This document shows, piece after piece, positions 12,321 through 22,229 of a stretch of DNA of 64,000 bases. The stretch is from contig CAXXVO010000008.1 in assembly GCA_963422645.2 (NCBI GenBank), positions 128,001-192,000 of the forward strand, written 5' to 3'. The notes beneath the pieces are model-generated. The model saw only the letters and a program-made list of their open reading frames with translations, was not told the origin of the DNA and ran no database searches. The position numbers were made by a program, and so were the translations under genes. The stretch comes from Alphaproteobacteria bacterium. GTDB lineage: Bacteria > Pseudomonadota > Alphaproteobacteria > UBA828. The first letter of the stretch is position 1, and every line of letters begins with the position of its first letter.

Positions 12321-13100
12321 CTAGCGGCGGGCGACCATCATCTTCTTGATCTCGGCGATCGCCTTTGCCGGGTTCAGGTGCTTCGGGCAGGTCCGGGTGC
12401 AGTTCATGATGGTGTGGCAGCGGTAGAGCCGGAAGGGGTCCTCCAGCTCGTCGAGCCGCTCGCCCGTTCCCTCGTCGCGGCTGTCGGCGAGCCAGCGGTA
12501 CGCCTGGAGCAGGGTCGCGGGACCCAGGTAGCGATCGCTGTTCCACCAGTAGCTCGGGCAGCTGGTCGAGCAGCAGGCGCAGAGGATGCACTCGTAGAGG
12601 CCGTCGAGCTTCTCGCGGTCCTCCGGCGCCTGCAGCCGCTCGGTCGACGAGGGCGGCGCGGTATCCGTCTTCATCCAGGGCTCGATGGAGGCGTACTGGG
12701 CGTAGAAGTCCGCCATGTCGGGCACCAGGTCCTTGACCACCGGCATGTGCGGCAGCGGGTAGATGCGCACCTCGCCCTTCACCTCGTCGATGGGCTTGAT
12801 GCAGGCCAGCGTGTTGGTGCCGTCGACGTTCATGGCGCAGGAGCCGCAGATCCCCTCGCGGCAGCTGCGGCGGAAGGTGAGCGTCGCGTCCACCTCGTTC
12901 TTGATCTTGATGAGGGCGTCCAGGACCATCGGCCCGCAGCGGTCGAGATCGAGATCGTAGGTGTCCGTGCGCGGGTTCTCGCTGCTGTCGGGATCGTAGC
13001 GGTAGATCTTGAAGCGCCGGGCCTTGCCCGCGCCCGCCTCGGCGGGGAAGTGCTTGCCCTTACCTATCTTGGAGTTCTGCGGGAGCGTGAGTTGCGCCAT
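12321..13100 (-). CDS. sdhB: Succinate dehydrogenase iron-sulfur subunit
   Basis: [38 protein letters not shown]. Confidence 0.96.
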   Translation of the reverse strand: MAQLTLPQNSKIGKGKHFPAEAGAGKARRFKIYRYDPDSSENPRTDTYDLDLDRCGPMVLDALIKIKNEVDATLTFRRSCREGICGSCAMNVDGTNTLACIKPIDEVKGEVRIYPLPHMPVVKDLVPDMADFYAQYASIEPWMKTDTAPPSSTERLQAPEDREKLDGLYECILCACCSTSCPSYWWNSDRYLGPATLLQAYRWLADSRDEGTGERLDELEDPFRLYRCHTIMNCTRTCPKHLNPAKAIAEIKKMMVARR

Positions 13101-13120
13101 CGATCAACCTTGCCGGGGCT

Positions 13121-14914
13121 CTAGTAGACCCGTGCCTTGAGAGGAATGGTCTCGACCTCGTTGCTGAGCGTCTGCATGTGCACCGGCCGGTAGTCGAGCC
13201 TGGTCACGCCGTCGTCGTCGAGCCAGGCGACGGTGTGCTTGAGCCACTTGTCGTCGTCGCGGTCCGGGAAATCCTCGCGGGCATGCGCCCCGCGGCTTTC
13301 CTCGCGCTTGAGCGCCGAGTGGAGGGTGACGCTCGCCTGGCGCATCAGATTGTCGAGCTCGATGGTCTCGGCGAGGTCGGAGTTCCAGATCAGCGAGCGG
13401 TCGGCGACGCCGATGTCGTTGCGGAACCCGTCCCAGACCCCGCCCAGCTTGCGCGCGCCTTCCTCCATGATCTCGCGGGTGCGGAAGACGCCGGCGTGCT
13501 CCTGCATGGTGCGCTGCATGTCGAGCCGGATCGCCGCCGTGGGCGTCTCCCCCTTGGCGTGGCGCAGCCGGTCGAACCAGTCGAGGCTCTTGTCGAGCAC
13601 GCCCTTCTGCATCGGCTTGTGCGGCGCGCCGGCCTCGACGATCTCGGCGCAGCGCTGCGCCGCCGCACGGCCGAAGACCACGAGGTCGAGCAGGGAGTTC
13701 GACCCCAGCCGGTTGGCGCCGTGGACGGAGACGCAAGCGCCTTCCCCCACCGACATCAGGCCGGGGACCACGGAATTGGGGTCACCGTCCCTCACCGTCA
13801 CCGTCTCGCCGGTGTAGATGCAGGGGACGCCGCCCATGTTGTAGTGAACGGTGGGGATTACCGGGACCGGCTCCTCCAAGGGTTCGACGCCGGCGAAGAT
13901 GCGGGCCGTCTCGGTGATGCCGGGGAGGCGCTCGTTCAACACCTCGGCGCCGAGATGGTCCATCTTCAGGTGCATGTGGTCCTTCTCGGGCCCACAGCCG
14001 CGCCCTTCGCGGATCTCCATGGTGATCGCGCGGCTGACCACGTCGCGTGAGGCAAGGTCCTTGGCGTTGGGCGCATAGCGCTCCATGAAGCGCTCGCCTT
14101 CGGAGTTGATCAGGTAGCCGCCTTCGCCCCGCGCGCCCTCGCTCATCAGGCAGCCGGAGCCGTAGATGCCCGTGGGGTGGAACTGCACGAACTCCATGTC
14201 CTGCAGCGGCAGCCCTGCGCGCAGCGCCATGGCGTTGCCGTCGCCCGTGCAGGTGTGGGCCGAGGTCGCGGAGAAGTAGGCGCGGCCGTAGCCGCCGGTC
14301 GCCAGGATCACCATGTGGGCGCGGAAGAGATGGAGCGTGCCGTCGTCCAGGTTCCAGGCGAGTACGCCTTGGCACGCGCCTTCCTCGTCCATCACCAGAT
14401 CGAGGGCGAAATACTCGATGAAGAACGCCGCCTTGTGGCGCAGCGACTGCTGGTAGAGCGTGTGGAGGATGGCATGACCGGTGCGGTCGGCAGCGGCGCA
14501 GGTGCGGTGCGCCTGCTTCTCGCCGTAGTTGAGGGACATGCCGCCGAAGGCGCGCTGGTAGATCTTGCCGTCCGGCGTGCGCGAGAAGGGCACGCCGTAG
14601 TGCTCCAGCTCGATGACCGCGCGCGGGCCCTCCTTGCACAGGTATTCGATCGCGTCCTGGTCGCCCAGCCAGTCCGACCCCTTGACGGTGTCGTACATGT
14701 GCCAGCGCCAGTCGTCCTCCTCCATGTTGCCGAGCGCGGCCGAGATGCCGCCTTGCGCGGCCACCGTGTGGCTGCGGGTGGGGAAGAGCTTGCTGATGCA
14801 GGCAGTTTGCAGGCCGGCTTCGGCGAGACCCAGAGTCGCGCGCAGGCCGGCGCCGCCCGCGCCCACTACCACCACGTCATCATGGTGCTCGGCGATCGGG
14901 TAGGCGGCGGTCAT
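13121..14914 (-). CDS. sdhA: Succinate dehydrogenase flavoprotein subunit
   Basis: [33 protein letters not shown]; start placed at MTAAY. Confidence 0.96.
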   Translation of the reverse strand: MTAAYPIAEHHDDVVVVGAGGAGLRATLGLAEAGLQTACISKLFPTRSHTVAAQGGISAALGNMEEDDWRWHMYDTVKGSDWLGDQDAIEYLCKEGPRAVIELEHYGVPFSRTPDGKIYQRAFGGMSLNYGEKQAHRTCAAADRTGHAILHTLYQQSLRHKAAFFIEYFALDLVMDEEGACQGVLAWNLDDGTLHLFRAHMVILATGGYGRAYFSATSAHTCTGDGNAMALRAGLPLQDMEFVQFHPTGIYGSGCLMSEGARGEGGYLINSEGERFMERYAPNAKDLASRDVVSRAITMEIREGRGCGPEKDHMHLKMDHLGAEVLNERLPGITETARIFAGVEPLEEPVPVIPTVHYNMGGVPCIYTGETVTVRDGDPNSVVPGLMSVGEGACVSVHGANRLGSNSLLDLVVFGRAAAQRCAEIVEAGAPHKPMQKGVLDKSLDWFDRLRHAKGETPTAAIRLDMQRTMQEHAGVFRTREIMEEGARKLGGVWDGFRNDIGVADRSLIWNSDLAETIELDNLMRQASVTLHSALKREESRGAHAREDFPDRDDDKWLKHTVAWLDDDGVTRLDYRPVHMQTLSNEVETIPLKARVY

Positions 14915-14918
14915 GCGC

Positions 14919-15302
14919 TTACCCCTGCACCGCAATCAGGATCACGGAGTAGAGCGAGGCGAGGCAGAGCACGAGGCAGAGCAGCGTGTTGAGGATCAGC
15001 AGCACCCACTTGCACTTGCCGTGCACGTAATCCTCGATCACCACCTGGAGGCCGAGCTTCAGGTGATAGAAGGTGGCGCCCAGGAAGAGCAGCATCAGCA
15101 CCGCCGCGACCGGGCCGGAGAGCCAGTCGACGAAGTCGTCGCGGTCCGCACCCGCGGCAACGAGCGACCAGAGCGAGCCCACGAACCAAAGCGAGAGCGG
15201 CACCAGCAGGATCGCGGTGAGCCGTTGCCACCACCAGTGGTTGACTCCTTCCTTGGCGGAGCCCAGATGGCGCACCTTGGCGAGTGGGGTCTGCAGTGCC
15301 AT
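14919..15302 (-). CDS. sdhD: Succinate dehydrogenase membrane anchor
   Basis: [32 protein letters not shown]. Confidence 0.92.
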   Translation of the reverse strand: MALQTPLAKVRHLGSAKEGVNHWWWQRLTAILLVPLSLWFVGSLWSLVAAGADRDDFVDWLSGPVAAVLMLLFLGATFYHLKLGLQVVIEDYVHGKCKWVLLILNTLLCLVLCLASLYSVILIAVQG

Positions 15303-15310
15303 GGCGTGCC

Positions 15311-15727
15311 TCAGCCGGCCAGATTGCAGGCGAGGCCGAGGCCCCATGAGAGCCCGGTCAGCACGAACGAAGCCACCACAACGGCAATGCCCGAGCCGTA
15401 GGTCTCGCGGAGCGAGAGGCACATGCCGGCATCCCAGAACAGGTGCCGGACGCCGTTGCAGAGATGATAGAAGAGGCACCATGACCAGGCCGCCAGCAGC
15501 GCGTAGCCGAGCCACGAGGTCAGAAACCACTCGGTCCAGGCGTAGTAGCGCTCGCCTGCGGCGGCGGTCAGCAGCCAGGCGCAGAGCATCGCAGCACCGG
15601 ACGCCAGGATCACGCCGGTCATCCGGTGCAGGATCGAGAGCACCGAGGTGAGCTGCGGCCGATAGATGGTGAGGTGGGGCGAGATCGGCCGCGCGCGGGT
15701 TCCACTACCGCTTGATTGATCTGCCAC
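15311..15727 (-). CDS. sdhC: Succinate dehydrogenase cytochrome b556 subunit
   Basis: RPISPHLTIYRPQ, SILHRMTG, HLCNGVRHLFWD; GTG start inferred. Confidence 0.92.
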   Translation of the reverse strand: MADQSSGSGTRARPISPHLTIYRPQLTSVLSILHRMTGVILASGAAMLCAWLLTAAAGERYYAWTEWFLTSWLGYALLAAWSWCLFYHLCNGVRHLFWDAGMCLSLRETYGSGIAVVVASFVLTGLSWGLGLACNLAG

Positions 15728-15826
15728 GAATTCGCCCCCGAAATCCGGCCCTGAGGCGGGCTGTACCACTGCGCGATTTAGCCCCGGAGGCGCAACAAAG
15801 TCAACGCGGGCGCAGCCTCGCCCTAA

Positions 15827-16115
15827 CCCGCACTTCTCACCACGGTCATGGTCTGCGCAGCGCTGTCCGGCCGACAGGGTAGGAACGGCGCGCAGCGTGA
15901 TGCGGGGACATCGGGCAAGCGTCGTGACGCACGCTGTCGGCCGGAGAGCGCCGCCCTTCGGGTCGCGCCCAGGCGCCCGCCCGGGTCGCGCGTCCACGCG
16001 CGCGGAGCACACGATGCGGGCCTCAACCGTATTCCCTGATACGCCTTTCGGCCCACTCCTGGCGGATCGAACGCCTGGGTGCGACGCAGGCCGTGACCCT
16101 GGTGGGAAATGCGGG
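15827..16115. mobile_element. MITE-like non-autonomous element (289 bp)
   Basis: 25-bp imperfect terminal IRs (CCCGCACTTCTCACCACGGTCATGG versus reverse complement CCCGCATTTCCCACCAGGGTCACGG); flanked by CTAA and CTAG; no convincing ORF. Confidence 0.7.
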
Positions 16116-16514
16116 CTAGCGATCGAAGTGATAGACGATCTGGTCGAAGCGGTCGCGCGGGAAGGCGAACAAGAAGACCAGCGGGTCCGCGCTCGTGCAG
16201 CGGATGGCGTGCTTGGCGTTCGGCGGGATGTAGACCGCGCAGCCGGGCCCCACGACGTGCGTGCGACCCTCGATCTCCATCTCCCCGCGGCCGCTCATGA
16301 TGTAATAGGTCTCGGCAGGCTCGTGGTGGTGGCGCATGAGCTCGGCGCCGGGCGCTACTTCGGCGATCCCGGTGATGAGGCCGCCGCTTGGCGTGTGCTC
16401 GCCGGCTATCAGCAGCTTCCAGCGGATTCCGGTGCCTGTGGCGAGGTTGGCCTCCTCACCGCCTTCCCATTCGAAATCGGCCTGGTCGACAACTGCGGGT
16501 CTCGGAGCGGTCAT
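16116..16514 (-). CDS. Cupin-domain protein, resembling DddW-type DMSP lyases
   Basis: Cupin motifs HHHEPAETYY and YIPPNAKH; WKLLI N-terminal and F...YHF C-terminal pattern. Confidence 0.75.
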   Translation of the reverse strand: MTAPRPAVVDQADFEWEGGEEANLATGTGIRWKLLIAGEHTPSGGLITGIAEVAPGAELMRHHHEPAETYYIMSGRGEMEIEGRTHVVGPGCAVYIPPNAKHAIRCTSADPLVFLFAFPRDRFDQIVYHFDR

Positions 16515-16557
16515 CGGCCCCTCCCTTGCCGGTGGGCAATACGAGCGCCCTGGCTCG

Positions 16558-17514
16558 TCAATCGATCCGGTTGCACGCGTTCACCGGCGCATCGCCGGCG
16601 AGCACGCGCACCACTTCCTCCGCGCCCCGCTGCCTGAGCTCGGCCAGCGAGGCATCGGAGGAGAAGGCCACGTGCGGCGTCGCGATCACGTCGGCGCGGG
16701 CGACGAGGGCTGCGGGCGGGCTCGGCTCGCCCTCCACCACGTCGAGGCCGGCGCCGGCGAGCCGGCCGGCCTTCAGCGCCTCGATCAGCGCATCGTTGTC
16801 GACCACCGGCCCGCGGCTCACGTTGATGAGGAAGGCGCCCGGCTTGACGCCGGCGAGGAACGCCGCGTCCACCAGGTGGTGCGTCGCGTCGGTGAGCGGC
16901 AGGTGGACGACGATGATGTCGGAGTCCGCGGCGAGGCGGTCGAGCCCGACCATGCGCACCGGCACGGAGTCCGGCGGCGCGGCGATATCGTGGCCCATCA
17001 CGGTCATGCCGAGGGCATCCAGCTTGCGCGCGGTGCAGCGCCCGATCCGCCCCATCCCAAGGATGCCGGCGGTCAGTGTCGCGCCCCGGCGTAGGCGCGC
17101 GCCGGAGGGGTCCCACTGACCCGTCTTCACGGCGCGGTCGAATTGGACGACGCCGCGAAACCAGGCATAGGCCATGGCCACTGCGTGGTCCGAGACCTCT
17201 TCGACGCAATAATCCGGCACGTTGGCGACCCAGGTGCCGCGTGCGGTCGCCGCGTCCATCGCGATGTTGTCGAGCCCGACGCCCAGTCGCTGCACAATCT
17301 TGAGCGCCGAGGGGCCCGCGATCGCGGCGGCGGAAATTTGGGCCCAGCAGGTAAGGATCGCGGCGGGGTCGTGCTCGTCCACCATGGCTTCGACCGCCTC
17401 CGCCGGGCTCGGCTCGGAAGGGCCGGTTACCAGCGTGTGGCCGGCGCCTTCGATCACCGTGCGCTCGATGCTGACATCGGGCCAAGCGAAGTCTGTCTGC
17501 AGTACGGTCGCCAT
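16558..17514 (-). CDS. D-isomer-specific 2-hydroxyacid dehydrogenase (CtBP-like)
   Basis: GVGLDNI, NVPDYCVEEVSDH, GMGRIG, INVSRG, TPHVAF. Confidence 0.9.
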   Translation of the reverse strand: MATVLQTDFAWPDVSIERTVIEGAGHTLVTGPSEPSPAEAVEAMVDEHDPAAILTCWAQISAAAIAGPSALKIVQRLGVGLDNIAMDAATARGTWVANVPDYCVEEVSDHAVAMAYAWFRGVVQFDRAVKTGQWDPSGARLRRGATLTAGILGMGRIGRCTARKLDALGMTVMGHDIAAPPDSVPVRMVGLDRLAADSDIIVVHLPLTDATHHLVDAAFLAGVKPGAFLINVSRGPVVDNDALIEALKAGRLAGAGLDVVEGEPSPPAALVARADVIATPHVAFSSDASLAELRQRGAEEVVRVLAGDAPVNACNRID

Positions 17515-17598
17515 GGATTTCCTCCCTCATGCCGTGGGCGTGCCACCACCGATTCGCCCATCCTAACCCGCAAGTCTCATCTCGGTCGCGGCGGAAAG

Positions 17599-19486
17599 GT
17601 AACTGCCCAGGTTCTTGCTGTGAAAATTCTCTGGGATTCGGCACAACGCTACCCACGCGACGCCCGTGTGCTCCTCTGTGGTCGCCGGGTTTCACAGCTC
17701 ACGATGCCCCTCTTGCGGACTGCGACCGGTAAGCTACCCCGATGTGGCCCGAAGTCCGCCCGCGCGACGGGCACCGATTTTCATTCTATGGGGTGGTCCA
17801 GCACGGCGTCGACCATGATCGTTTATGAGAATGGCTCCGCTGTTGGAGAACCCGTGCCAGGTGAGCTTACGCGCACTTGACGGTGGCGATGAGCCGATCC
17901 GATGGGCTGGTCAGGGCTTCGATGATATTCCAGCCCTGCTTTCTGGCGGTGGTGATGACGCTGCGCAGGATGGCGAAGTTCTCGGCCCCCTGCGCGGACC
18001 GGAAGCCCCCGGAGATCTTCTGGCGCAGCTTCATCATCCGAAGGTCGCGCTCGGCCTCGTTGTTCGTGAACCCGACCTCGAGGTCGATCAGGAACCGGAG
18101 CACCGCGCATTTGTGGTCGCGCAGCCTCAAGGCCAGATTGTGACCGATCCTTCGCTTCCGGCGCTTCTTCCTCTTGCCAGGCGAGAACGGTGGTTGGCTC
18201 TCGTGAAAGGCCAGCGCATCGGCGATGATCTCGTCGTATCGGCGCTCGATCAGCGCCACAAGCCTCGCCGGAACGGCGATATCCTTGTCCAGCGCGATGC
18301 GGGCGGCGCGATTGGCTCGGCGCAGGAGCTGCTGCATCCGCCGGGCCCAAGCCTCCCCTTCGATGTCCACCAGCGCCTGCAACTCCCGCAGGTGATGGGC
18401 GTTGCACAGGCCGTGCTCCACCCCTTCCATCGCGAAGTACGGCTTCCAGTGATCGTGCACGACGATGCCGGAGACACCCGAGAGCAGGGCGCCGCGCTTG
18501 CCGCTGACCCGGTACGCCGCCAGCAGCGGCGTGCAGATCACATGAAGCCACTGCGTCTGACCGCCGATCCGCAAGCCGGTCTCGTCCATGTGTTTCACCC
18601 GCGCCGTGCCCGCCGCCAGGTCCTGTATGTGCAAGGCCGCGTCCCGCAGCCGCTCGGCCGCCCTCTCGCTCATCGTCGCCAACGTCGCAGCCGTCACCGG
18701 CGCGCCGAAGAGCTCGGCCATCACCTGCGACAGCCGATCCTCCGGCAGGAAGTGAGCGTGCTGAAGGTAGACCGCCACCCCGGCAATGCGCGGGCCGTAC
18801 TGCACCGGCGCCGACACCCCGTCGGGGAACGCCGCCCGGGTCACCGTCCCGCAATGCCCGCAGCACTTGGCATGCGCCCGGTGCTCGGTCACCTCCAGGG
18901 GGCTCGGCTCGGGCAGATCGAACACCTGGCGGGCGACGGGCGTTCCCGCCCTGGCCGCGTCCGAAAGCGGCGAACCGCATCCCTTGCAGGAAGCCGGGAC
19001 GTGATCCTTCACCCGATCCGGGTGATCGGCGCGGCGCAGCGTCTTGCCCTTGTGGCCGGGCTGGCCACCGGGCTTGCGGCCCGATTTGCCGCGCAGGCTT
19101 CGGGTTCGCCGCTTCGAATTCGGCTTCCTCAGCCCATCGCTCGAAGGCGGCTTGCCGCTGTTGCCGCTGTTGAGGCCGAGACGGCGCTCCAACTCCTCGA
19201 TGCGCTCGACGAGACGCGCGACTTGCTCTTCCAGCCGCGCGTTCTGCTGCCGAAGCCAGGCATTTTCCTCCCGAAGCCGGGCGTTCTCCTCCTCCAGGCG
19301 GGCGATCTTCTGCGCGGGCGTTTCGGGCGCTGCTCCCGTCGAAGGGCCGCGCGGCGACTCGGGATTGCTCATGTCGTTGTTGAGTCATTTCCCGAAATTC
19401 CCGTCAAGCCCTTTCCACCAACTCCGAACGAGAAACGCCTCAATCCACTGGCCCAAAATGACAAATCAGACGACCTGGGCAGTTAC
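17599..19486 (-). mobile_element. Complete IS66-family element (single-ORF type), 1,888 bp
   Basis: Terminal IRs GTAACTGCCCAGGT / ACCTGGGCAGTTAC; perfect 8-bp target duplication GCGGAAAG at 17591-17598 and 19487-19494. Confidence 0.93.
17867..19372 (-). CDS. IS66-family transposase TnpC
   Basis: Coiled coil plus NSGNSGKPPSSD, GGQPGHKG, zinc finger, DETG, CNAHHLREL, NNEAERDLR. Confidence 0.93.
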   Translation of the reverse strand: MSNPESPRGPSTGAAPETPAQKIARLEEENARLREENAWLRQQNARLEEQVARLVERIEELERRLGLNSGNSGKPPSSDGLRKPNSKRRTRSLRGKSGRKPGGQPGHKGKTLRRADHPDRVKDHVPASCKGCGSPLSDAARAGTPVARQVFDLPEPSPLEVTEHRAHAKCCGHCGTVTRAAFPDGVSAPVQYGPRIAGVAVYLQHAHFLPEDRLSQVMAELFGAPVTAATLATMSERAAERLRDAALHIQDLAAGTARVKHMDETGLRIGGQTQWLHVICTPLLAAYRVSGKRGALLSGVSGIVVHDHWKPYFAMEGVEHGLCNAHHLRELQALVDIEGEAWARRMQQLLRRANRAARIALDKDIAVPARLVALIERRYDEIIADALAFHESQPPFSPGKRKKRRKRRIGHNLALRLRDHKCAVLRFLIDLEVGFTNNEAERDLRMMKLRQKISGGFRSAQGAENFAILRSVITTARKQGWNIIEALTSPSDRLIATVKCA

Positions 19487-19776
19487 GCGGAAAGTACGGG
19501 GGGGGGGAGGCGTTCGAAGCGGAGTGTGGCCACCGCTGGCCGCCGGCGGCAGCATCAGCCGTCGCCGGCGGCCAAGGGGCGGGAACTGCGGGCAGGGAGG
19601 GACCCGGTCCCGCCCCTACCGACCGGGACTTGCCTTGCAATCCGTTCTTGGCGGAGCGGTTGGACGCTCGTTCCGCCAAATCTATGCAAGATCGGCCGGT
19701 GGGCGGCGAGTTTAGAGATGATACCGCCGATAGATAAATGCCAATAGAAATTTTATCGGCAGGCAATGAGAAATGC

Positions 19777-20652
19777 TTATAGCTCACCTGCGGTCCGCGG
19801 CCGGGCGACAGCCAGAAGATCGTAGCCAAGTGTCGTCGGCGCGAACCGACAGGCCAGAGCGTCGAGCCAACCGAGCGGCCGGGAACTGACGACCCTTCTC
19901 TCGGACAGCAGGCTCTCGGCCCCGACGCTCGCGACCCGGAATCCAGCTTCCGAAAGGTCGCGGTGCACCTCTTCGAGCGTGTAGAGGTGGTAGAAGAGGC
20001 GGATCTCCCCGTCGGCTTGGTTGCGCTTGTAGAGGACGTCGCCGGGCTCGAGTTTGCCCTCGCGCACCAGAGGCGCCGCATCGCGCTGTTCCTCCCGGAA
20101 CCGCCGCTTCGCATTCGGCACGCTGAGGATGAGGGTGCCGTCCGTCTTCAACATGGTGCGGATGGCCCGCAGCAGGCGCAGGCGCTCTGCGCGCCTGGCA
20201 ACGTGTGCCAGGACCCCGAAGGCCAGCAGCGCGAGGTCGAAGACCTGCGGCAGCTCGGCAGCCAGGTCGTCGGGGTCGTCTCCTCGAATGACCAGCCGTT
20301 CGTCGCTCACGAAGTTCCGCAGGCGCTGCGCCAGCGTCTCGCGGGCGACCGGGCAGATATCGTGGGCCACGCAGCGCGTCCCGCTCATTTGCAGGAGCGG
20401 CAGGGAGTAGCGCCCGGTACCGGCGCCCACGTCGAGAAAGCGCCCGCCGGCAGGCAGGCTTCGTTTCATCTTCCGCAGCGTGCGCTGGTTCGGGCGCGGG
20501 TAACGCCGGTCGTAGAGGCCCGAGGAGATATAGCGGCCGTAGCTGCCGGACATGTCCGGCAGTTCCGGCCCCTGCGGTTGAGCCGATGGTGTCGCGTCGG
20601 CCGCAGTCTGCACGGCAGCTTTGGTGGCCACCGCATTCCTTCCATCAAACAT
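19777..20652 (-). CDS. Class I SAM-dependent methyltransferase
   Basis: FLDVGAGTGRY motif I, LKTDGTLILS; start uncertain. Confidence 0.8.
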   Translation of the reverse strand: MFDGRNAVATKAAVQTAADATPSAQPQGPELPDMSGSYGRYISSGLYDRRYPRPNQRTLRKMKRSLPAGGRFLDVGAGTGRYSLPLLQMSGTRCVAHDICPVARETLAQRLRNFVSDERLVIRGDDPDDLAAELPQVFDLALLAFGVLAHVARRAERLRLLRAIRTMLKTDGTLILSVPNAKRRFREEQRDAAPLVREGKLEPGDVLYKRNQADGEIRLFYHLYTLEEVHRDLSEAGFRVASVGAESLLSERRVVSSRPLGWLDALACRFAPTTLGYDLLAVARPRTAGEL

Positions 20653-20754
20653 CCTGCGTCCTCGGACAGGATGTACCCAATATCGTGAAACCTATGCTGC
20701 CAGCCTATGGGAGCAGCCGTCAAATTCGCGTGTTAGCGGCGATTCCCGTTCGGG

Positions 20755-21009
20755 TCATGCCAGCCGGTCCTCGGGCTCCGGCGGCTGGCCGCCATGCCGG
20801 CGCAGCAGGCGGCGCGCCGCCTCGATGTCGGCGTCGGCTTTTCGTGCGGCGAAGAACTCGGCGGTCTTCATGGCTGAAACCTTCTCGGCGACAGCGGTCG
20901 CCACGAACTGGTTGAAGCTTGTGCCATCTTCCCTGGCAATGTGCGCGGCAGCCTCCTTTAGGGACTTGGGCAGCCGCAGCGGATAGGTGCTGGTCTCCTT
21001 CTTCACCAT
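20755..21009 (-). CDS. Putative ribbon-helix-helix antitoxin
   Basis: TYPLRLPKSLK...SFNQFVATAVAEK; overlaps the PIN toxin stop. Confidence 0.8.
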   Translation of the reverse strand: MVKKETSTYPLRLPKSLKEAAAHIAREDGTSFNQFVATAVAEKVSAMKTAEFFAARKADADIEAARRLLRRHGGQPPEPEDRLA

Positions 21010-21428
21010 GACAAGCCCCTCAAGGCCTCCCGGGGCGACTGCAGCGCCACCCCGAATTGCACCGGCGCGTTCCCAAAATCCCGCCGGTTGAACGTCACCA
21101 GAGCGTCGGCTCTGCCGTTCACCGCAGTCTCGAACACCATCTCGTCGGCTGCATCGCGAAGCTGGGGGCGCCAGAGATACCGCGCTTCGACCGGCTCGCA
21201 CACAGCACAGAGCGCCGAGACGACGGTCGACACCTCCTCTTCGCTCAATCCCGACACGATCCGCTGCGCAGGTTCGCGGCAGACCGCTTCGTATTCCAAC
21301 GCCAGAGCCACGGACAGCAAGAGCGTGAACCTCTCACTCAAAGCATGGCCGATCAGCGCTGCGGAGGCGCCGCTCGGGCTGCGCAGGCCGGCGACCACGA
21401 CGTTGGTGTCCAACACATATCTCATCAT
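21003..21428 (-). CDS. PIN-domain toxin of a putative TA system
   Basis: VLDTNVVVAG, D..DEMVFETAVNG, LVTFNRRDF. Confidence 0.87.
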   Translation of the reverse strand: MMRYVLDTNVVVAGLRSPSGASAALIGHALSERFTLLLSVALALEYEAVCREPAQRIVSGLSEEEVSTVVSALCAVCEPVEARYLWRPQLRDAADEMVFETAVNGRADALVTFNRRDFGNAPVQFGVALQSPREALRGLSW

Positions 21429-21569
21429 GTATGATATGATACTACATACGATGTCAACTGCGAATCTGGGAGCGCTTCACCCGCTGGTCCTGGCCCGCAG
21501 CGTTCTGCCCGCCCGGACCCGGGTCCAGTACGTCCGCACGCCGGTCTTCATCGCCGCGCCCCGGCGACG

Positions 21570-22229
21570 CTAGCCCGCCTCGGCGCTGCTGCGCAGCATC
21601 GCGAGTGCCATGCCGACCGCGGCCTGCGAGGGATCGATGACGGGGCAGCCGAGGTGCGCTTCCAGTGACGCGCGGTAGCGCGCCATGCCGGCGCAGCCGA
21701 GCACGATCACGTCCGCGCCGTCCTCGTCGCGGAGCCGTTCCGCCGTCTCGGTCATGCGCGAGGCGACGACCTCCTCCTGCGCGAGCGCGGTGACCCCGAG
21801 GCCGATGGCGCGCTCGCCCGCCATGCGCGCACTCAGGCCGAGCGAGGCGACGTAGCACCGATGTCGCGGGATCGAGCCCTCCAGGATCGCGACGATGCCG
21901 AAGCGCTCGCCGCGCGCGAGCGCCGCCAGAATGCCGCATTGCGCGATGCCGAAGACCGGCGTGCGCGTCGCCTCCCGCGCGGCATGGAGGCCTGGGTCGG
22001 AAAAGCAGGCGATGACGAAGGCGTCCGCACTTTCCCGCTCGATGGTGCGGCAGAGCGGCGCCACCACCTCGTCCACATGGCGCTGGGTCTCGATGCCGGG
22101 CGGGCCTTCGGCGAGCGTCATGCAGTCGATGGCGGCGCCGCCCACGCGAAAACCGTCCAGGGCGCGGGCGATGTCGTCCGTCACCGTAGCGCTGCTGTTC
22201 GGGTTGATGACGAGGACGCGGGCGCTCAC
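21570..22229 (-). CDS. Asp/Glu/hydantoin racemase
   Basis: VINPNSS, IACFSDPG and VLGCAGM two-cysteine motifs; GTG start overlapping the upstream stop. Confidence 0.88.
   Translation of the reverse strand: MSARVLVINPNSSATVTDDIARALDGFRVGGAAIDCMTLAEGPPGIETQRHVDEVVAPLCRTIERESADAFVIACFSDPGLHAAREATRTPVFGIAQCGILAALARGERFGIVAILEGSIPRHRCYVASLGLSARMAGERAIGLGVTALAQEEVVASRMTETAERLRDEDGADVIVLGCAGMARYRASLEAHLGCPVIDPSQAAVGMALAMLRSSAEAG

Noticed and set aside
17729-17870. Nested mini-element with GTAAGCT inverted ends inside IS66
   Set aside because: Only about 7 bp of IR and no target duplication.
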